Assembly: GCA_030295235.1 (NCBI GenBank)
Contig: AP026147.1
Span: 372,001 to 436,000 of the forward strand
Direction: 5' to 3'
DNA length: 64,000 bases
Source of the DNA: Fistulifera solaris
Taxonomy: Eukaryota
Under the pieces are notes generated by a model. That model searched no databases. It had not been told where the DNA came from and saw only the letters and a program-made list of their open reading frames with translations. The position numbers and the translations under genes were made by a program. Positions 62,542 through 64,000 of the stretch are shown one piece after another; the stretch's first letter is position 1; every line of letters starts with the position of its first letter.

Positions 62542-64000
62542 ATGAAATTATACATTCTATTCTTGTCGTTCTTGGCGGCCGAAGCATTCGTAGTACCGGC
62601 ACGAAGATCATCGGCAGTCACGTTCCTTCGCGAACAACCCGATGAAGAAGCCGCCGAAAGCTCGCACGAAGAAATCAAAGCGTACCGCTCCCAATTGAGT
62701 TCGAATGCAGAACGATCCAGTGATAAGGTTCGTACAGAAGTTGTTTTCCGCTTGTCTTCCTTCGAGCCGTAACTCACCTCGATCGATCACACAGCCGATT
62801 GATGTCGTCATGAAGTTCGGAGGTAGTTCCTTGGCCAATTTGGAACGTATAGATCATGTAGCACATTTGATTCAAGATCAAATCTCGTACGGATACCGTC
62901 CTAGGGCTATTGTCTGTTCCGCCATGGGCAAGACGACCAATTCTTTGCTCTCGGCCGGTGATTTTGCTTTGGGTGAGTGGGGTGCTTGCGACGTGTTGTG
63001 TTCCTTGGATTCAATAGTATCTCACACTCCAATTTTATTTGTGCGGATCATAACAGAGGGACGTGTCAACATTGATGCCATTCGAACGCTTCATACTTCC
63101 ACTATGAAAGCTTTTGACATGCCCGAAAGCACCGTCAAGGAAGTGACAGAATTGTTACAAGAGTGTGAAGATATGCTCAATGGTGTCCGTCTCATTCAAG
63201 AATTGAGTCCGAAATCACTCGATCAACTTGTTTCTTACGGAGAGCGTTGTAGTGTTCGCATCATGGCAGCGCGGTTGAATCAGATTGGAGTACCTGCCCA
63301 AGCCTTTGATGCCTGGGAAGTCGGTGTCTTGACTTCGGCGGAATTTGGAGATGCCCGACTCTTACCGTCGGCGGAAAAGGCCATCCGTGACGCGTTCGAT
63401 AAAATCGATCCCAATATTGTGGCCGTGGTTACTGGATTCATCGGTCATGATCCCAAGAAACGCATCACGACGCTGGGACGCGGTGGCAGTGATTTGACGG
63501 CCACCGCATTGGGCAGTGCCTTGGCATTGGACGAAATTCAGGTATGGAAAGATGTCGACGGAATTTTGACCAGTGATCCACGTTTGGTACCCAACGCGCA
63601 ACCCGTCAGTGACGTAAGCTACGAAGAAGCGGCCGAGTTGGCCTACTTTGGTGCCCAAGTGCTACATCCGGTGGCCATGCAACCGGCCATGAAGAAAAAT
63701 GTTCCCGTCCGTGTCAAAAACTCGTACAACCCCGTGGCACCGGGAACGATCATTCAGCACGAAAAAGTGAACGACCGATTGGTCACCGCAATTACGTACA
63801 AGAGAGCCATCAAATGATGGATTTGCATTCCACGCAAATGTTGGGGGCCTATGGATTCTTGGCACGCGTATTCTCCGAATTTGAAAAACATAAACTGTCG
63901 GTGGACGTGTTGGCTTCCTCAGAGGTCAGTGTGAGTTTAACGCTCGACAAAAAGCAAGATTCGGCCGAAATTGACGGACTGGTGAAGGATCTGGAAGGAT
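62542..64000 (+). CDS. lysC: Aspartate kinase, plastid-targeted, runs off window end
   Basis: VMKFGGSS, VCSAMGKTT, TTLGRGGSD, WKDVDG, ELAYFGAQVLHP; signal peptide ending AEA-F; introns 62728-62794 and 62973-63056. Confidence 0.95.

Overview
Gene-dense eukaryotic DNA with short GT-AG introns. It is almost certainly a diatom, probably pennate: it has a DUF6824 protein, bipartite plastid presequences such as AEAF, and MSMSMS and GKGKG-type secreted proteins. About 32 protein genes are recognisable, mostly housekeeping. Many genes, including essential RPS15A, are split by single-base indels in homopolymers, which points to sequencing or consensus error. The standout is at 46373-49822 (-). Two ORFs that look separate splice in frame into one protein with two chromodomain-like plus Cys/His zinc-finger modules fused to a DLDGD-type eukaryotic RNA-dependent RNA polymerase. 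This is a candidate single-chain chromatin reader and siRNA amplifier. The locus lies between two oppositely oriented tandem arrays built on a GGTCCAGAA(A/T)TTCTGGACC palindrome. Other notable items: a SAP30-SGF29 fusion, an MPC1-MPC2 fusion, a silaffin-like secreted protein with lysine every fifth residue, structured long introns in RPS15A, an inverted LMBR1 paralog pair, and a recurrent TCATGACTCATGA intergenic motif. All calls come from reading the sequence; no searches were run.
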